Shown one piece after another: positions 61,315-64,000 of a stretch of 64,000 nucleotides of DNA. Position numbers and translations under genes: made by a program. The first letter of the stretch is position 1. Each line of letters opens with the position of its first letter. Origin of the DNA: Lactobacillus johnsonii (GTDB taxonomy: Bacteria; Bacillota; Bacilli; Lactobacillales; Lactobacillaceae); assembly GCA_949888035.1 (NCBI GenBank), contig CATLCE010000003.1, positions 41,084 through 105,083 of the forward strand. Direction: 5' to 3'. Under the pieces are notes generated by a model. It did not search any database, was not told where the DNA came from, and saw nothing but the letters and a program-made list of their open reading frames with translations.

Positions 61315-62232
61315 ATGATTAGACAACAGAATTTTCCCGTTGACACAAAGTACAAATGGTACGATATCAGTAATTTAAGTGAGCAAGATAGTGATCGATT
61401 GCAAGATGAATTTAATTTCACTCCAGATATTATTTCCTATATTTCTGACCGTCACGAACGTCCTCACTATGACTACGATGTTCACACTCATAGTCATTTA
61501 TTGGTGTATGATGTTCCTATTTGGCCAACTAATACAATTAAGCACTTTACGGCTCATCCAATTACTTTCTTAGTTGTGGGGGAAAATGTTTTTACTTTCC
61601 ATACTGAATCAACTAGTTATGTTTTTGATGAATTTAATGATGAACCAATGCGTGAGCGTTTATCTGAAGCTAAAGATGTGACTGAACTCTTGATGATATT
61701 TTTACTTTACGCTTCTCAATATTTTCAAAGAGCAGTCACTCAGCTTGATGTAGAAAGAAATAGTTTAGATCAAAAATTGTCTGATGATATTGATAATAAG
61801 GATTTAGTTGAATTGTCCAACATTGAAAAGAGTTTGGTTTATTTATCTAGTTCCATTCAAACTGATCTAATGATGCTTCATAGTTTAGATCATTCAAAAC
61901 TGTCATTTACTAAAACGGCCCATGAACGGCTAGATGACGTATTAATTGAATCTAATCAGGCGGCCGAAATGATTCAGATTTCACAACAAGTAACGAAAAC
62001 TTTATCGGCGACTTCTAATAATATGATGAACAATAACCTAAATGACACGATGAAATTCTTAACTGTCTGGTCTTTGGTGTTGACTATTCCAACGATCTTG
62101 ACAGGTTTTTATGGAATGAATGTGGATCTTCCTGTGATTCATAGTCCATTTGATTGGGTAATCATTACTGTATTAATGATTGTTCTGATGGTCTGGTTAG
62201 TAGTTTTAATGCGTAAGCATCACTTCTTTTAA
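61315..62232 (+). CDS. corA: CorA-family Mg2+ transporter
   Basis: YGMN motif and two C-terminal TMs. Confidence 0.88.
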   Translation: MIRQQNFPVDTKYKWYDISNLSEQDSDRLQDEFNFTPDIISYISDRHERPHYDYDVHTHSHLLVYDVPIWPTNTIKHFTAHPITFLVVGENVFTFHTESTSYVFDEFNDEPMRERLSEAKDVTELLMIFLLYASQYFQRAVTQLDVERNSLDQKLSDDIDNKDLVELSNIEKSLVYLSSSIQTDLMMLHSLDHSKLSFTKTAHERLDDVLIESNQAAEMIQISQQVTKTLSATSNNMMNNNLNDTMKFLTVWSLVLTIPTILTGFYGMNVDLPVIHSPFDWVIITVLMIVLMVWLVVLMRKHHFF

Positions 62233-62243
62233 GGAAAAAATCA

Positions 62244-63182
62244 ATGAAGAATAAAGTATTTATCGTCTCTTTGATTGCAACAATTATTTCTTTTTCACTT
62301 TATTTTGCTAATTTAAAAAGGGTCAAAAATTCTAGCATTAATATAATTGAGCCTAAAACTAGTAAAACTATTCCGAAGAAGAAAGTAAAAGAGCCTAAAC
62401 CTAAAATAAAAGAACCTAAAATCAAAACTATTGAGTATGCTAACCATGTGAAAGTTGCATCGGGTAGTCAAAAAAAGCTTGCTCAAAAGATTGAGCAGAT
62501 TATGGGTAAAGATTATAGTTATCAAGTTGCAGTTCAAGATTTAAATAATCCGGCTAAGTTTTGCCGAGTGGCTAATACCAAGGTGGCACATAATGTGGAT
62601 GATACCATGAAATTATACCTGCTTTTAGCAATTTATGAACAAGAGCAACAGGGTAAGTTAACATCTAAGACTGTAATTAAAATTAAGAAATCTGACCGTG
62701 TTAATGGTGAAAAGGCACTCAAGACTAATATGTCTTATGGGATTTCGTTTTTAAGACAGGCAATGATGCGCGGTAATAAAACTGCCGCAAATGCTTTAAT
62801 TCGTAAAGTTGGTCATGATAAAATCGATGCTATCATTAAAAAACTCGGTGCCGATCAGACTACAATGTCTGCTAACTTTAGTAAAGCTCCCTATGGAAAG
62901 ACTACAGCCCATGATTTAGTAAAAACGATGGCTGGGATTTATCAAGGCCGAATCTTAAATCAGAAACATGCTAGTTTGCTTTTGCAAGCTTTGAATTCTA
63001 AACCAAATTTTGTTAAAGGAATAAATGGTGGAGTTTATGCAATTGGGGATAATCATTCAGCTGTTGCAATTGTTCAAACCCAAGGTCATTCATATTGCAT
63101 GAGCGTATGGAGCAGTAATAATAAAAAGTTTAATGAATTAGGTAAAGCAATAAATGCATCATTTACGGCAAAGAAAAAGTAG
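62244..63182 (+). CDS. Class A beta-lactamase-like serine hydrolase, probably inactive
   Basis: DTMK in place of SxxK; GNKTAAN in place of SDN; TTAHDL motif. Confidence 0.7.
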   Translation: MKNKVFIVSLIATIISFSLYFANLKRVKNSSINIIEPKTSKTIPKKKVKEPKPKIKEPKIKTIEYANHVKVASGSQKKLAQKIEQIMGKDYSYQVAVQDLNNPAKFCRVANTKVAHNVDDTMKLYLLLAIYEQEQQGKLTSKTVIKIKKSDRVNGEKALKTNMSYGISFLRQAMMRGNKTAANALIRKVGHDKIDAIIKKLGADQTTMSANFSKAPYGKTTAHDLVKTMAGIYQGRILNQKHASLLLQALNSKPNFVKGINGGVYAIGDNHSAVAIVQTQGHSYCMSVWSSNNKKFNELGKAINASFTAKKK

Positions 63183-63278
63183 AAGAGAAATCTTCTGCTT
63201 TTTTTAGTTATTTACAGTTTGTAGATTGTAATCTTCATTGTGTAGTGATATATTATTTACTATGCGTGACAAGGAGGG

Positions 63279-63848
63279 GTGGAAATGACGCAAAAGAGAA
63301 GTTTAGATTTAAATAAAATAATTGATAAAGCTATTCAGTTGATTCGAGATAAAGGGTTGACTGAGACTACTCTGCCAGCTCTTGCTAAAGAGTTAGGCGT
63401 GAGGTCGCAGTCTCTTTATCATTACGTATCTAATCGTAAGCAATTAATATCTCTAGTTGGTGCGAGTCGAATTAAAGTTTTACATCAAAAATTAATTGAA
63501 AATTTGATGGGAGTTTCAGGGAAAGAAGCTCTCCTCAAATTTGCAGATGTGACACGTGACTTTGTATTAAAGGATCCGGCTTTATCAAGTATTCTATATC
63601 ACTTGAATGAATATTCTGAAGATGATGCTATTAATAAAGAGATTCTCAACATTATTCAATTAGGTGAAACATTAAATCTTAAAACAACTAGCACTATTTC
63701 AGCTCATGCCTTAATCGGCGCAGTACTTGGCTATGTCTTTTTAGATAAATCATCATCATTTCCTGATGAAAGTGAAGATGAGGCCAATCGTAATTATCAT
63801 GAAATGATATTGCGACTAGTACAACCAATTGCCGTTTTGCAGGAATAA
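63279..63848 (+). CDS. TetR-family regulator
   Basis: TLPALAKELGVRSQSLYHY HTH. Confidence 0.9.
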   Translation: MEMTQKRSLDLNKIIDKAIQLIRDKGLTETTLPALAKELGVRSQSLYHYVSNRKQLISLVGASRIKVLHQKLIENLMGVSGKEALLKFADVTRDFVLKDPALSSILYHLNEYSEDDAINKEILNIIQLGETLNLKTTSTISAHALIGAVLGYVFLDKSSSFPDESEDEANRNYHEMILRLVQPIAVLQE

Positions 63849-63864
63849 TAGGGGGAAAGGAAAA

Positions 63865-64000
63865 TTGCAGAAATTTCTGAAAAACCATGTGTTTTCATTA
63901 ATTGCATGGATTTTAATTTTGCTAATTTCCGTCTTCGCTTTGCCAAATGTTAGTCGATTGACTAGTGAACATTCAACGATTTCATTACCAAGCAATGTTC
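63865..64000 (+). CDS. N-terminus of a probable MMPL/RND transporter (runs off the window)
   Basis: AAAGGA RBS, TTG start, MQKFLKNHVFSLIAWILILLISVFALPNVS..; follows tetR. Confidence 0.6.
   Translation, partial: MQKFLKNHVFSLIAWILILLISVFALPNVSRLTSEHSTISLPSNV

Noticed and set aside
63694-63888. Minus-strand 64-aa ORF
   Set aside because: Antisense to tetR and the following plus-strand gene, which has a clear RBS

Overview
A low-GC Lactobacillus chromosome segment, most like the acidophilus/johnsonii complex; this is inferred from gene content. The left ~25 kb is an accessory region at the end of a polysaccharide locus. It opens with a probable MerR-methyltransferase gene and a MerR-type 19-bp-spacer promoter in front of rmlBACD. 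Next comes a ~6 kb insert bracketed by two copies of the rmlD 3' end, carrying a GH68 fructansucrase, an internally deleted ISL3, an AlbA_2/HATPase protein and an IS256 relic. After that are an AbiF-like HEPN gene with a downstream candidate ncRNA, galU, an orphan VirD4-like ATPase, and a cluster of surface proteins and nucleases that share a small C-terminal domain. The remainder is mostly housekeeping: ABC transporters, helD, a T-box-controlled amino-acid ABC operon, coaA, efp, a cbsT-cbsT-bsh bile salt operon, peptidases, NrdR-box-preceded PnuC and ABC/metallo-beta-lactamase loci, corA, tetR and the start of an MMPL gene. The best candidates for something new are the MerR-MTase control of rhamnose synthesis, the NrdR-regulated ABC + beta-CASP hydrolase operon, the AbiF/ncRNA pair and the rmlD-anchored insertion hotspot. 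All calls were made by eye from motifs; no database searches were run.
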